The notes below the pieces were generated by a model, which was not told where the DNA came from, did not search any database, and was given only the letters and a program-made list of their open reading frames with translations. A stretch of 64,000 bases of DNA, taken from sequence record OU509535.1, one strand, 5' to 3'. The stretch's first letter is position 1; each line of letters begins with the position of its first letter. This document shows positions 33,767 to 44,500 of this stretch, piece after piece. A program made the translations under genes and the position numbers.

Positions 33767-33992
33767 TACACAGTTTGAATCATTTGATATAGAGAGTATA
33801 TTAAAACCAACTGATAACTGTACTGTACTTATGAATATGTACTGGATAGTCAAAGATGAAAAAGTCTTTAGATCATTACGAACTAAAGTATGGCAATGCA
33901 ATAAATTTGAGAGTGTAGTTAAACATGTAATCGAATCTTATCCTGGTTGTGAGGTTCGTTTTCTTGAATATGCTTATGTAAAGAAGGATTGA
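33753..33992 (+). CDS. hypothetical protein
   Basis: packed ORF with RBS. Confidence 0.7.
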   Translation: MNMNNTQFESFDIESILKPTDNCTVLMNMYWIVKDEKVFRSLRTKVWQCNKFESVVKHVIESYPGCEVRFLEYAYVKKD

Positions 33993-34435
33993 TTATGAAA
34001 TATTATATGGTAACGGAAGGTGATTCGAGTGGTATTCATTTTTTATGGTCTTATTATGAATTGCTTGACTGTTGCACCGTAGAAGATGCAGAAGATTTAT
34101 ACAGAGAAGAAAATGGATATTCACTGGATGCACCTTATGGATTGAGAATTTATAGTAAAGAAATTACAGAAAAAGAATATCATGATGGATTGCATTTTAA
34201 CGATTATTATGGTGTTAGAACGCTAATTACCGAATTGATGTTTAAAAATAACATTTTCCCACTAAAAAGTTGGGCTTTAATGTTTGCAAATCCAAAAAAA
34301 CCTGTTAGAATAGGGTTTCCTGGTTCACATCTAGTCTATCGTATGAATGATAAACGAGAGCTTAGCTACCAGTATGATTATGATTCACATAAGTTTGGTC
34401 TTCTACCAGCATTTAAAGGTTTGACAAATGAGTAA
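33989..34435 (+). CDS. hypothetical protein
   Basis: packed ORF. Confidence 0.7.
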   Translation: MIMKYYMVTEGDSSGIHFLWSYYELLDCCTVEDAEDLYREENGYSLDAPYGLRIYSKEITEKEYHDGLHFNDYYGVRTLITELMFKNNIFPLKSWALMFANPKKPVRIGFPGSHLVYRMNDKRELSYQYDYDSHKFGLLPAFKGLTNE

Positions 34436-34763
34436 AGATTCATTAGAATTTATTTTACGTTGTGATTGTGGTGAAAAATCAGATCATGTAATTCACATTG
34501 CACAGTACGATCTAGACGAAGAGTACGGTGATAATAAACTTGGCACTTGTTTAATCAGTGCTCGTTTAGAACCATGTAAAACATGGTATGAACGTATTTG
34601 GATTGGTATCAAATACATCTTTGGTCACAATAGTTATCAGTATATGGATACAATGGTTGATGTTGATATCCTACGTGAAGTAGTACAGCAGTTAAAAGAT
34701 GAACGTTCAGAAGAAGATAAAAAGGCTTCACGTGAAAAACGCTCAGAGGTTAAGGTTCTATGA
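34428..34763 (+). CDS. hypothetical protein
   Basis: packed ORF, CDC and WYERIWIGIKYIFG. Confidence 0.75.
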   Translation: MSKDSLEFILRCDCGEKSDHVIHIAQYDLDEEYGDNKLGTCLISARLEPCKTWYERIWIGIKYIFGHNSYQYMDTMVDVDILREVVQQLKDERSEEDKKASREKRSEVKVL

Positions 34764-34954
34764 GTGTGTTATTTGAAAAGAAATATTGTACTAAATGCTT
34801 GACAGCTTATACAATTCAGGGTATGATTTGTTGCTCAAACTGTCAAAGCACAGATGCTCAAACGTTTTTGGTTGATGATCGTTACACCGATTTAATTCAA
34901 TTCAAAGCGAATCGAAATTTAAAACATTTTAGTGCTTTACACGACAAAGATTGA
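34760..34954 (+). CDS. small Zn-ribbon protein
   Basis: CxxC...CxxC. Confidence 0.65.
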   Translation: MSVLFEKKYCTKCLTAYTIQGMICCSNCQSTDAQTFLVDDRYTDLIQFKANRNLKHFSALHDKD

Positions 34955-34999
34955 ATGCTATAATCATCTTAACTTAAACAAAAACAGGAATTACTTTAT

Positions 35000-35491
35000 A
35001 TGACTAACGTTAATACCAATTTAGTAACTGATATCAAAAAAGTTATTACTTCTCATCATTTCTTTGCACCAGAAAAACAACGAGTCATCTCTGATATCAA
35101 AGAAGATGAACTTAGTATTATTATTCGTTTTAAAGAACCTGGTGATGAAATTTCATCACAGTTCACTGTACTTCGTGGTAAATTCCGCGAAGAAGGCGTT
35201 GACAAGATCCCAGCTTACATTCTTTTTATTACACTTGGTAGTGTAATTAAGCTGGAAATTGATGAAAATCTGGAGCGTTCATATAAATTTATGCTTGCAC
35301 CAGTTACAGATGATGATAACGTTGAACTGGATTTCAAGAATGATTTCACTGAAGAAGAATTCTTTCAGCAAAGTACAATCCATGATTTCCGTTCAGTAAC
35401 TTATGAACACGTCGAACTTATCAAAGATATGATTGAACCAGTTACCAGTTACGAGAAATACCTCGATGGTCAAGCTGAAGGCAACGAATAA
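35000..35491 (+). CDS. FQxS-motif paralog family protein
   Basis: FTEEEFFQQSTIHDF. Confidence 0.8.
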   Translation: MTNVNTNLVTDIKKVITSHHFFAPEKQRVISDIKEDELSIIIRFKEPGDEISSQFTVLRGKFREEGVDKIPAYILFITLGSVIKLEIDENLERSYKFMLAPVTDDDNVELDFKNDFTEEEFFQQSTIHDFRSVTYEHVELIKDMIEPVTSYEKYLDGQAEGNE

Positions 35492-35541
35492 AAATAAATA
35501 ACCCACTTCGGTGGGTTATTTTCTATATAAGGATATAAATT

Positions 35542-36087
35542 ATGTTAAAAGAAATTCAAAAATTAACTAATTCAATTGTAGATTTTCTTAAAGATAAAAA
35601 TGGGTTTAGTACTGAAGTATCAAAACAGGGTGTTCAGCTAATAGTTAAAAATCCTAATGGTACTGAAACTTTGTATGATGTTTATGAATTGCTTTTATAT
35701 AAACTTAGTGCTAATAAACTAGGCGGTGATATTCAGTTAAATATTAATGATAGTACTGAGGGTAAGATTTTTGCAATTAACACGAATGTAAATTTTGATA
35801 TTCATTCTAAAATCCTCGAAATTAATAATTCATTTGATGATTTCAAACACGACACCATTCGTGGTGTTTTTGTTAGTACTCAATTGTCTGAAAGTACAAA
35901 TCCGTTTTCGGTACTAACCATGTATAAAAATGGTACATGGGTTCGTTACGATTTAACACTGTCGGAATTACTGTACGCTTGTGTAAATGGGTATAAATTA
36001 CAATTGAACGATTCAGGTTTTGTATACAATGAATTACGTGAATTGTGTGAACATGTAAAAAAAGAAATGAAACAAGAAGAAAAATAA
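35542..36087 (+). CDS. hypothetical protein
   Basis: AAGGA RBS. Confidence 0.75.
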   Translation: MLKEIQKLTNSIVDFLKDKNGFSTEVSKQGVQLIVKNPNGTETLYDVYELLLYKLSANKLGGDIQLNINDSTEGKIFAINTNVNFDIHSKILEINNSFDDFKHDTIRGVFVSTQLSESTNPFSVLTMYKNGTWVRYDLTLSELLYACVNGYKLQLNDSGFVYNELRELCEHVKKEMKQEEK

Positions 36088-36118
36088 AATATCCAAATAA
36101 TGAGAGGTAGTTCTCTGT

Positions 36119-36541
36119 ATGACATTACATGAAGTACTGAATAGTTTCTTTGAATTGAATATTTCAGAAATGAAAACCAAACAAAATAGACACCAACATA
36201 GTGTTTGGTATGATGCCCAACCACAACCGTTTTTAATCAATTTTAAAGAAACAGAAACATACACAATAATGAGATTTCATCATTTTGATGGTGAAAATAA
36301 TTACAGGGTATCATATGATGAAGGAACTGATCGACTGATTTACACAGTAATGGGTACAATTTCAACAACAATCACTATTAAGAACTTCTCTTCCTATAAA
36401 TCAGAAGATAATTTTTTTCAGGATTCACTGATTAACGATTACAATGATTTATCATTCGAAGATATTGACAAAATGATGAATATGTTCTATAATGTAAAAA
36501 ATACAAGTTTATCCCTATTTGGTGAAGATGATGAAATTTGA
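36119..36541 (+). CDS. FQxS-motif paralog family protein
   Basis: SEDNFFQDSLINDY. Confidence 0.8.
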   Translation: MTLHEVLNSFFELNISEMKTKQNRHQHSVWYDAQPQPFLINFKETETYTIMRFHHFDGENNYRVSYDEGTDRLIYTVMGTISTTITIKNFSSYKSEDNFFQDSLINDYNDLSFEDIDKMMNMFYNVKNTSLSLFGEDDEI

Positions 36542-36968
36542 TTTAGAAAAATTTCTGGATTTGGATTTAGATTCATTTTATATCAGAAAGTTTATTTTTA
36601 AACCACACACAAATGTGGTTGATTATGCTGTGATTGAACTACATGAATCAGACTATACAATTTGGTACGATGTTGATGATTGTATTCAACTAAAGGAATG
36701 TGATGAATGTAAAGGTTATGTTCTGTTGTATGACCTCAATACAAATGAAATTACATTAAAAACTTCACATTATGATGAATACGGTATTATAACAAGACGT
36801 GAATGTGTTGCATTTTCACATGATGATTACACAGAAGAATCATTTTTTATGATTAGTACCTTACATGATGTTGGGGAATTTACATTTGAAACTTTCGATA
36901 AATTTAATAAAATTTTGAAAAAGATTAAATCAATGATCAAGGAAATTGAAAATGAACAGTCCAAGTAA
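36519..36968 (+). CDS. FQxS-motif paralog family protein
   Basis: TEESFFMISTLHDV. Confidence 0.8.
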   Translation: MVKMMKFDLEKFLDLDLDSFYIRKFIFKPHTNVVDYAVIELHESDYTIWYDVDDCIQLKECDECKGYVLLYDLNTNEITLKTSHYDEYGIITRRECVAFSHDDYTEESFFMISTLHDVGEFTFETFDKFNKILKKIKSMIKEIENEQSK

Positions 36969-37365
36969 ATGTTATATTGTTATTCGTAATGATTTGGATA
37001 TGCCAGAAGGTAAATTTGGTGCACAAATCGGTCATGGCATCGACGCAGTATGGAAAGAGGTTTTGGTAGCCGGTACAATGGTGCGTGCTGCAAATATAGC
37101 CAATGAACAACCAAAAGAGCGTGATATCAAAATACAGGATGAAATTTCTAAATGGGTGAGTGACGGTAGTAGAAAGATTATTCTAAAAACAAAATCAGAA
37201 GACGAATTACTGAAAATTTATAAAAAGGTATTGTCTGAAGGTTGTATTTGTACTAAAATTTATGATTATGGATTTAATTTTTTTGATGGTTTAACTTTAA
37301 CTGGTATTGTTGTACATCCATGTTCAGAAGAAATTAAAACATTAAAACGAGTACGCTTATGGTAA
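36946..37365 (+). CDS. peptidyl-tRNA hydrolase, PTH2 family
   Basis: YIVIRNDLDMPEGKFGAQIGHG, KIILK..SEDELL, DYG, LKRVRLW. Confidence 0.8.
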   Translation: MKMNSPSKCYIVIRNDLDMPEGKFGAQIGHGIDAVWKEVLVAGTMVRAANIANEQPKERDIKIQDEISKWVSDGSRKIILKTKSEDELLKIYKKVLSEGCICTKIYDYGFNFFDGLTLTGIVVHPCSEEIKTLKRVRLW

Positions 37366-37733
37366 ATGAACATTTAAAAGAATTATGTTCTTTATGGAAA
37401 TCATCTGATGTAAGATTTGAACCTGTACCCAAAAATAAAGATAACTGGCATAATTCTATTGTTATGGGGACTGGTGGTTTTTTTCTTTTACCTATGGTAC
37501 TAAAAGATAAAAAAATAGGTATTGTTGTTTTATACAATGATCTTATATATTATTTTTTGTACGAAGATGAAATTCAGTACGTACATAATAATATGACACA
37601 TACATACAAAAGAGATACCACACATGAAGAACTATTCCAACTAAGTACTTTATACGATGGAGTAATTCAGTACGAAAACTTAATAGAAGTTTTTAACTTA
37701 TATGATTCCGTAATGGAGGTAATTGAAAGATGA
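37359..37733 (+). CDS. FQxS-motif paralog family protein
   Basis: THEELFQLSTLYDG. Confidence 0.8.
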   Translation: MVNEHLKELCSLWKSSDVRFEPVPKNKDNWHNSIVMGTGGFFLLPMVLKDKKIGIVVLYNDLIYYFLYEDEIQYVHNNMTHTYKRDTTHEELFQLSTLYDGVIQYENLIEVFNLYDSVMEVIER

Positions 37734-38071
37734 TGAGTCATTGTAAATTCTGGCTTCCTGTTATGGTTGTTCTGTTTATTATTTTTACAGTAGTAAACTA
37801 TAAAATCCACAATTCTATCCCAAGACAGCCTACAGCAGAAGAATTAGCTATTCATCAAAATAGTGGTTTATATGCTGAAGTACTCAATAAAATCAAAAAC
37901 AAATGTACTGGTATCAGTGATAATGAAAAGAATACATTTTATACATGTGAAGATGGTTCTAAAGTATCAGTGATTTACTGGAAACGTCAAGAAAGAACTG
38001 GGTATGTCACTCGTGATTTTGATAAAAATGGTAAATTAATTTCGATTTATGGACACCCAGATGATATCTAA
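37730..38071 (+). CDS. membrane-anchored hypothetical protein
   Basis: N-terminal TM. Confidence 0.7.
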   Translation: MMSHCKFWLPVMVVLFIIFTVVNYKIHNSIPRQPTAEELAIHQNSGLYAEVLNKIKNKCTGISDNEKNTFYTCEDGSKVSVIYWKRQERTGYVTRDFDKNGKLISIYGHPDDI

Positions 38072-38513
38072 AGAACAACATAAATTTTTATTCAAAATAT
38101 TGAATTCTTATAAAGTTAATAAGTTCAGTACTAAACACGTTCACAATCCAAAAATTGTTATTAGCACAAGGCGATATATAGGAAATAACAATTTTGAAAT
38201 ATACTTATATAAAGGAACTATTTCATTAGAAATTCAAAGATATGGTATTATTTTATTATTAATTGAGTATAATCCAATTTCTGACAACATGACGTTATTA
38301 TTCAATGATAATGAACATTGTTCTGAAATCGTTTATCGTATAAACGATGTGTCGGAAATTCTTGAAGAAGATGGTTATTTTCAACAAAGTCTTGTACAAA
38401 ATCTTCCATTGGAATATAATGATTTTTGCAAAATGATGGATGATATCACAACCATCAAAAATTCAATGCTGGAACGTTTTGAGTTAACTGAACAAGAGCA
38501 CGACAATGACTAA
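38049..38513 (+). CDS. FQxS-motif paralog family protein
   Basis: LEEDGYFQQSLVQN. Confidence 0.75.
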   Translation: MDTQMISKEQHKFLFKILNSYKVNKFSTKHVHNPKIVISTRRYIGNNNFEIYLYKGTISLEIQRYGIILLLIEYNPISDNMTLLFNDNEHCSEIVYRINDVSEILEEDGYFQQSLVQNLPLEYNDFCKMMDDITTIKNSMLERFELTEQEHDND

Positions 38514-38760
38514 AGTAGTTCGAAAGCGTAGAGTACTTGATAATGATGAATTCAAATCATTAGAGATTCATCGTCAATTGTTTCACCGTCTTTGTGCTGG
38601 TGAGAAACAAATTGTAGTTACTGAAACATATGAAGAACCAGAAAATATTTTCGGTAACTATTTCCCTGTATTCAATTTGTATATTAAACGCGGTCTATTG
38701 GAAGTAATTACAATAGATCAGTTACCGGAAGATGAACATGAATTTACTGTTATCAAATAA
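38506..38760 (+). CDS. hypothetical protein
   Basis: packed ORF. Confidence 0.7.
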   Translation: MTKVVRKRRVLDNDEFKSLEIHRQLFHRLCAGEKQIVVTETYEEPENIFGNYFPVFNLYIKRGLLEVITIDQLPEDEHEFTVIK

Positions 38761-38821
38761 AGAACCATTAGATCGTGATGATGATTTTTATGATGAACGT
38801 TATGGTGAATCGGAGGAATAA

Positions 38822-39376
38822 ATGGGATTAGATATCTATAAATGTAAAATTAGTTCTACTAAACAAGAACATGGTTTTATTACATGTTCACAAGAAGAGA
38901 TTGATTCAAATAAATCAATTAAAGAACTATTCCAGAAATATAAAAATTATATCAATATCGGCACTGAAGAATACATTGATATTGAACAAAGTTTAATCAA
39001 ATTTAATCTTTCTGATGAATGGTTTTTATCTGGATATGAGTTCAATGAAGATGAGGATTCATATTATGCAGTATTTGATTGTACTCTACCATTGTTCGAT
39101 TCCGTAAAAGTATTATATAATGAACTCATCACAAAAGATGAAAAAGTTTATACATTATATTACACAGAAATTGGCTATCAACGTAGAGATTATAAACCTG
39201 GAATCTATGCTGATCTTTGGGGATGTGACCAGGACGATCATGACGGATATTACAGCTTAAATGTAGTAACAGATAATTCAGTACTTGAACTTGTTAAAAT
39301 GTATGCGAATGAAAATTCTCCACTTAGTCAATGGGTACTAAACGATAATGATGAATTTATTATCTTCGATTATTGA
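38822..39376 (+). CDS. hypothetical protein
   Basis: GGAGG RBS; MGLDIY start. Confidence 0.8.
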   Translation: MGLDIYKCKISSTKQEHGFITCSQEEIDSNKSIKELFQKYKNYINIGTEEYIDIEQSLIKFNLSDEWFLSGYEFNEDEDSYYAVFDCTLPLFDSVKVLYNELITKDEKVYTLYYTEIGYQRRDYKPGIYADLWGCDQDDHDGYYSLNVVTDNSVLELVKMYANENSPLSQWVLNDNDEFIIFDY

Positions 39377-39406
39377 GATTTCTAAATAAAATAAAACATA
39401 ACAAGG

Positions 39407-40300
39407 ATGTTTATGAAACCTATTACAGTACTGTCATTATTCAATGGGATGAGTGTTGGGTATATGGCACTAAAGAATGCTGGAATTCCAGTACAGAAAT
39501 ATTACTCATCAGAAATTGATAAATTTGCTATTGCTGAATCACAAGCCAACTACCCTGATATTATTCAGTTAGGTGATATAACTAAATGGGAAGATTGGGA
39601 TATCGACTGGGGTAGTATTGACCTACTTATTGGTGGAAGTCCTTGTACTGATGTAAGTTTTGCGGGAAAACAAGAGGGGTTAGTGAAACCAGATGAAAAC
39701 GGTGATGGTGGAACACGAAGTGGTTTATTTTATATAATGATTGACATATTCAATCATATTAAATCGATAAATCCAGATTTAAATTTTTTATTTGAAAATG
39801 TCAAGATGAAAAAAGAACATCTTGAAGAATTTAATAATAATATAGGGGTTGATCCTGTTCTAATCAATTCTGAATTATATACTGCTCATTACAGACAGAG
39901 ATATTACTGGATTAGCTCAAATAAGCTAATTCTCAATCCCACCTACAAAGCCCCCGTACTTCAAGATATTATTGTTAATGCATATACTGACAGGAATAAA
40001 TCATATTGCATTGATGCCAATTACTGGAAAAAGGGGAACATTAAACAGTACTTACACAAATCAAGAAGACAGATTGTTTATCTAAGAGACGATCATGATT
40101 TATTCAGTACTGAAGAAAAAATTAACACATTTAAACTTAATGTTGATTATCGACATTTAACAGTAGATGAAGTATGTTTATTACAGGGTGTACCTGTTGG
40201 ATTTTTTAAAGTAAGTAGTACAACACAAGCATACAAAATGCTAGGTAATGGATGGACATGTCCAGTTATTGAACATCTATTAAAGGAAATTTTCTTTTAA
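39407..40300 (+). CDS. DNA (cytosine-5) methyltransferase, orphan
   Basis: motif I LFNG, IV GGSPC, VI FENV, VIII RQRYYW, X LGNGW. Confidence 0.92.
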   Translation: MFMKPITVLSLFNGMSVGYMALKNAGIPVQKYYSSEIDKFAIAESQANYPDIIQLGDITKWEDWDIDWGSIDLLIGGSPCTDVSFAGKQEGLVKPDENGDGGTRSGLFYIMIDIFNHIKSINPDLNFLFENVKMKKEHLEEFNNNIGVDPVLINSELYTAHYRQRYYWISSNKLILNPTYKAPVLQDIIVNAYTDRNKSYCIDANYWKKGNIKQYLHKSRRQIVYLRDDHDLFSTEEKINTFKLNVDYRHLTVDEVCLLQGVPVGFFKVSSTTQAYKMLGNGWTCPVIEHLLKEIFF

Positions 40301-40329
40301 TTAATAATTTAAAATGGAAAATAATATCA

Positions 40330-40539
40330 ATGATTAGTAAAGTATACCTTGATGAAAATATTTCTAACGAAAAGACACAATATGCAGTTTATGATTCCTT
40401 GACTGATAAAGTACTAACAGAGAGTATTCATTCTTATAAAGCAGATGTTGAAGATTTTATGACACACAAATATGGTGCTGACTGGCGTACAACACATGCA
40501 TTATATAGTATTCGTGAAATTAAAATCGTAGTGTTATAA
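40330..40539 (+). CDS. hypothetical protein
   Basis: short co-directional ORF. Confidence 0.65.
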   Translation: MISKVYLDENISNEKTQYAVYDSLTDKVLTESIHSYKADVEDFMTHKYGADWRTTHALYSIREIKIVVL

Positions 40540-40558
40540 ACAAAAAAATCCACCACAT

Positions 40559-41029
40559 GTGGATTTTTTTCTATTTGAGATTAAATTAAACATGCATAAT
40601 GAAGAAATAATTCATTTTCTTAAATTTTATTTAAAATGTATGAATGCTGTTCAAAAATTAATGGAATGTGAAATGATTAATGATTTCAATGATCATTTTG
40701 GATATATAAGTACAGATTTATATCCCGTCCCTGTTCGTGCAAAATGGAATTATGATCAAGATGCATATGCAATGCAACTGGATTTTGATTTATTCGGACT
40801 TCCATCTAAATTTAATATAGGAACTATTTGTTTTGATAAAAATGATGGTTTGATTTTAATTTGTTATAACAATAAAACAGAAGTTGATTTAAAATACAGA
40901 GAATGGTTAACCGAAGAATCGTTTTTTCAGTCCTCGTTAATATATGATTTTGGTAGTACTGATTTACAGTACTGGAAAAAATGCATTGATTTATTTGAAA
41001 AGATTGAAGGAGTAATGACAGGTGTTTAA
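40559..41029 (+). CDS. FQxS-motif paralog family protein
   Basis: WLTEESFFQSSLIYDF; true start uncertain. Confidence 0.8.
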   Translation: MDFFLFEIKLNMHNEEIIHFLKFYLKCMNAVQKLMECEMINDFNDHFGYISTDLYPVPVRAKWNYDQDAYAMQLDFDLFGLPSKFNIGTICFDKNDGLILICYNNKTEVDLKYREWLTEESFFQSSLIYDFGSTDLQYWKKCIDLFEKIEGVMTGV

Positions 41030-41417
41030 AATAAAACTAATTTATACCACTGGTAATACATTCGAAACATGTGAAGTAGAAAGATTTATTAATTGCGAAT
41101 GGGATACAGAAGAGAAAGCTATTCATGAAATGAATAAAATCCGAGAGCACTGGATTTTCAATAAAAAAATTAGTTCTACTCGTGATAAAGACACAAAGAA
41201 GAAATTGGTATCACAAGCTATTATGCAATCATGGTATAAACCTGGTAATTCTGAATATACTATGTTGCTAGTTGATAATGATGGAAATTCTTTTGAAATG
41301 TATGCTGCATGGTTAGGGTATTTTGAAATTCTTCACAGTACTGAAGTAGTCAATGCAAACCAATTAGACAACTATATTGATTTCGATGAATTAAGATCAA
41401 ATATGGGATTGTGGTAA
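41022..41417 (+). CDS. hypothetical protein
   Basis: packed ORF. Confidence 0.7.
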   Translation: MFKIKLIYTTGNTFETCEVERFINCEWDTEEKAIHEMNKIREHWIFNKKISSTRDKDTKKKLVSQAIMQSWYKPGNSEYTMLLVDNDGNSFEMYAAWLGYFEILHSTEVVNANQLDNYIDFDELRSNMGLW

Positions 41418-41851
41418 TGGATGGTCCAACTGTACTAAAAATCCTTCGTAAATTTAAACACCCAATGTTGTTCGGACGTTGGAAATCGTTAAAAGAAAAT
41501 AAAAATACCGACGATCAAAAAAATATCAATTATAGATGGTATTGGGATTATTCAAAAGATTATGGTGATTCACTTTGTATAAAAATTAAATTCAATAATT
41601 ATAATAAATGGTCTAGAGATAAAAAATATATATATTCATATGATATTCACTTATCAAAGGAACATGTATTTATTTTTCATAGAAGTTACAACAAATTTTC
41701 ATTGAAACATGATGTACTATTTTCTATAAATGAATTATATGAAGATTTAGAAAGTGTATTATTTCAGCAATCATTATTGACTTCTACTGGTATGGTGAGT
41801 ACTCAAGAAATTGAAGTACTTAAAGAATTAAAAGATATGTATTTTCCATAA
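41411..41851 (+). CDS. FQxS-motif paralog family protein
   Basis: LESVLFQQSLLTS. Confidence 0.7.
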   Translation: MVMDGPTVLKILRKFKHPMLFGRWKSLKENKNTDDQKNINYRWYWDYSKDYGDSLCIKIKFNNYNKWSRDKKYIYSYDIHLSKEHVFIFHRSYNKFSLKHDVLFSINELYEDLESVLFQQSLLTSTGMVSTQEIEVLKELKDMYFP

Positions 41852-41872
41852 TACAAATTGAGGATATAATAA

Positions 41873-42400
41873 ATGTTTGGTATATTATATAAATGTAATG
41901 ATGGTAGAGACTATTATTGTACTTCTTCGAGATTTGCACATTTCTCAGAAGATATTGAATCGATTGCTGAATTTGCACAACAAAAAACTGCTGAAAAAAT
42001 TGCAAACCATTTTACCAAAACAAATGATTTTGAAGAATTATATGGTACTGGTAAATTGTTAGTGATTAAAGTAGTTAAAGTTCCTTTAAGTCTAAAGGAA
42101 ATTCCATTGATTAAACTAAAATCTGGATACCGAATTTATTCAGAAGAAAATGATGAATATTATAGTGGTAATAAAAATCCAAAAAGTTTCAATCATTTAA
42201 ATCTTGATGATTTACATTGTAGTACTGTTTATAAGTCAGAAAAAGAAGCACAAAAAACGATTGATGCTATGATTAAAGAATTTTATGATTATGCATTCAA
42301 CACTTATGAACCAGGTCATAATCGTTATGAATATCATGTAAAGATGTATGAAACAGATTACATCATTGCTTCTAAATTAAAAATTGTTTATATTGAATAA
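41873..42400 (+). CDS. hypothetical protein
   Basis: GAGG RBS. Confidence 0.75.
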   Translation: MFGILYKCNDGRDYYCTSSRFAHFSEDIESIAEFAQQKTAEKIANHFTKTNDFEELYGTGKLLVIKVVKVPLSLKEIPLIKLKSGYRIYSEENDEYYSGNKNPKSFNHLNLDDLHCSTVYKSEKEAQKTIDAMIKEFYDYAFNTYEPGHNRYEYHVKMYETDYIIASKLKIVYIE

Positions 42401-42466
42401 AAAAAAGCTTGACATATAAATTGACAATGATATAATAATTGCAAATAAACCAAAGAGTAAATTTGT

Positions 42467-42706
42467 ATGAAATATTATAATGGCTTTAGTGATATTGGTG
42501 TAAAGTTTGAAAATGGTAAAGGATACTATTTCCATGGTATGTCACCGTGGATTGAAACCAATGTATCTGAGGGATTGATTAAGTCTCTTACATACTACAA
42601 AAAACTCAATGAATATGATATTCCTATGCGTGAAAAATTATTATTCAGTACTTCAATCGTTGATAACAAAGATCTTCTTATGGAGAAATTTAATGCCTTA
42701 TCGTAA
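42467..42706 (+). CDS. hypothetical protein
   Basis: follows a TTGACA..TGATATAAT promoter. Confidence 0.7.
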   Translation: MKYYNGFSDIGVKFENGKGYYFHGMSPWIETNVSEGLIKSLTYYKKLNEYDIPMREKLLFSTSIVDNKDLLMEKFNALS

Positions 42707-42851
42707 AAGTCGCGGTAAAATGAATCCTGAAACAAAAGCTGCATTAATTAATACGATGCTGATCGGAACAAATTATCATTGCATTGTTGTTAATGGTGAA
42801 GTACATAAAATTAATGTCAAAGAAATCCTTGACGAGCGTCCTGATCTTTGA
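42693..42851 (+). CDS. small hypothetical protein
   Basis: GGAG RBS before MPYRKSRGK. Confidence 0.55.
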   Translation: MPYRKSRGKMNPETKAALINTMLIGTNYHCIVVNGEVHKINVKEILDERPDL

Positions 42852-42898
42852 TATAATCGTTTACACCATATACTGATACTATTAATAAAGGAAATACC

Positions 42899-43330
42899 AT
42901 GAAATCTAAAATTCAGATGCGTCGTGCCAAACATATGATTGCTATTTGGTTAAAACCAGGTGATAAAGAATCATTAAAAGATGCATTTGATACTGCTAAA
43001 CGTTGCTGGAATCGTTCTTCACAGCGTGTATTGAAAACATGGGCTAAGGAACTCTATAAGAATCCCGAACGTTATGAATTCACTGGTATGGCACATAAAG
43101 AGTTGAAATTGGAAGATTTCTTCACTGAAGATGATTGTCAATATGTACTTGATACGGTACAAGAACACGTATCAAGTAGTGACAAACATTATGCTATTCG
43201 TAGTATTATCCAGCACAAATGGGTTTATGGACTAAGCACTGATTACGCTATCCAATATGGATTAGAAGCATACTTTGGTAAAGGTTTGAAATTTCGTCCT
43301 AAACGTCCAGTACTGAAAGGTATCAAATAA
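42899..43330 (+). CDS. hypothetical protein
   Basis: AAGGA RBS. Confidence 0.8.
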   Translation: MKSKIQMRRAKHMIAIWLKPGDKESLKDAFDTAKRCWNRSSQRVLKTWAKELYKNPERYEFTGMAHKELKLEDFFTEDDCQYVLDTVQEHVSSSDKHYAIRSIIQHKWVYGLSTDYAIQYGLEAYFGKGLKFRPKRPVLKGIK

Positions 43331-43686
43331 TGAAACAATATGCTATCAAATATAAACCCAATGGAAAAATCATTTCTTTGTATAATACAAAAGAAGCTGC
43401 ATTGGATCGTTGTAAGTTTATTGGTGGTGATTCTAATGTATTTGGTGTATTTGAAGTATTTGTATATTTCGACCGTTATGATTCATCGTATGAATGGATT
43501 GGTGTAGTACTGAAATCTAATAATACTGTATTGAATATCTTTGCTGATACTGGTGAAATTTCTAATAGTTGCCAATACTTAATTAAAAACAAGCATTGCT
43601 ATACCAAAAAAGTACAGATCCGTACTAATGGAAAAGAAATCAAAGCACCAAAAGTCAAAAAAGATGAGTTTTCATTTGAGGATTAA
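43330..43686 (+). CDS. hypothetical protein
   Basis: coupled TAATG. Confidence 0.75.
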   Translation: MKQYAIKYKPNGKIISLYNTKEAALDRCKFIGGDSNVFGVFEVFVYFDRYDSSYEWIGVVLKSNNTVLNIFADTGEISNSCQYLIKNKHCYTKKVQIRTNGKEIKAPKVKKDEFSFED

Positions 43687-43689
43687 ATA

Positions 43690-44232
43690 ATGGCTGGTAT
43701 TGAAAAAGTTTGTGAATATAGTGGTGAATATCCGGGCGGTTTAATGTATGGATATAAGCGTAATCATATTCAGGTTATTCCAAAATATCGCAAAGAATTT
43801 CGTGGTAAGAAAGCAACACTGCATGTATTTAAAAATGGTTTAAAAGAAGTATATAAATGTGGTGCAAAAAGTGATGCAGAACTCCAATGCATTAATCCTA
43901 ATCCATCTGAAGAGAATTGGGATAATCATGAGTACTATCGAATGGGTAAACGTACTCCCTGGGGAAAACCAGAAGTTTATGGTGTGTTTTTTGAAAATAT
44001 CAAAGAATATAAAAATGCATTGAAGCAATATCATCAACGCCTTCTAATGGAATATGCTTATATTCTTGAAGTTCCAGAAGTTCAAGGCGAAGTCAATGGT
44101 TTGTACAGTAATTACAGCACAGATCTGACTTCGGTAAAACGCCGTATGCGTCGTTTGGTTGGACGAAAAAACTTGACAATCATTTATCATGATTGTACAA
44201 TGTACGAATTCTATGAATCATTGGGGTATTAA
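43690..44232 (+). CDS. hypothetical protein
   Basis: GAGG RBS. Confidence 0.8.
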   Translation: MAGIEKVCEYSGEYPGGLMYGYKRNHIQVIPKYRKEFRGKKATLHVFKNGLKEVYKCGAKSDAELQCINPNPSEENWDNHEYYRMGKRTPWGKPEVYGVFFENIKEYKNALKQYHQRLLMEYAYILEVPEVQGEVNGLYSNYSTDLTSVKRRMRRLVGRKNLTIIYHDCTMYEFYESLGY

Positions 44233-44233
44233 T

Positions 44234-44500
44234 ATGAAAAAGATTATCATTGCAGCATTGCTCTGTACTATAACTGGAGTAGTATCCAGTACAGCAAATG
44301 CTTCTCTTCTTGGTAATAACAACAATAAAGAAGAACAAAAAGGAAAATACCATATTACATGTTGGCATCCAAATGGTAGTGAATACGTCAATCGTGATAT
44401 TAAAGACTTTTATTCTTATAATTCTTTACTATTGAAGATTATCAATTTAAATGATAGTGTTGACTATGTTAATAGTGAATGTTATATTGAAAAATATTAA
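44234..44500 (+). CDS. exported protein
   Basis: signal peptide MKKIIIAALL..ANA. Confidence 0.7.
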   Translation: MKKIIIAALLCTITGVVSSTANASLLGNNNNKEEQKGKYHITCWHPNGSEYVNRDIKDFYSYNSLLLKIINLNDSVDYVNSECYIEKY

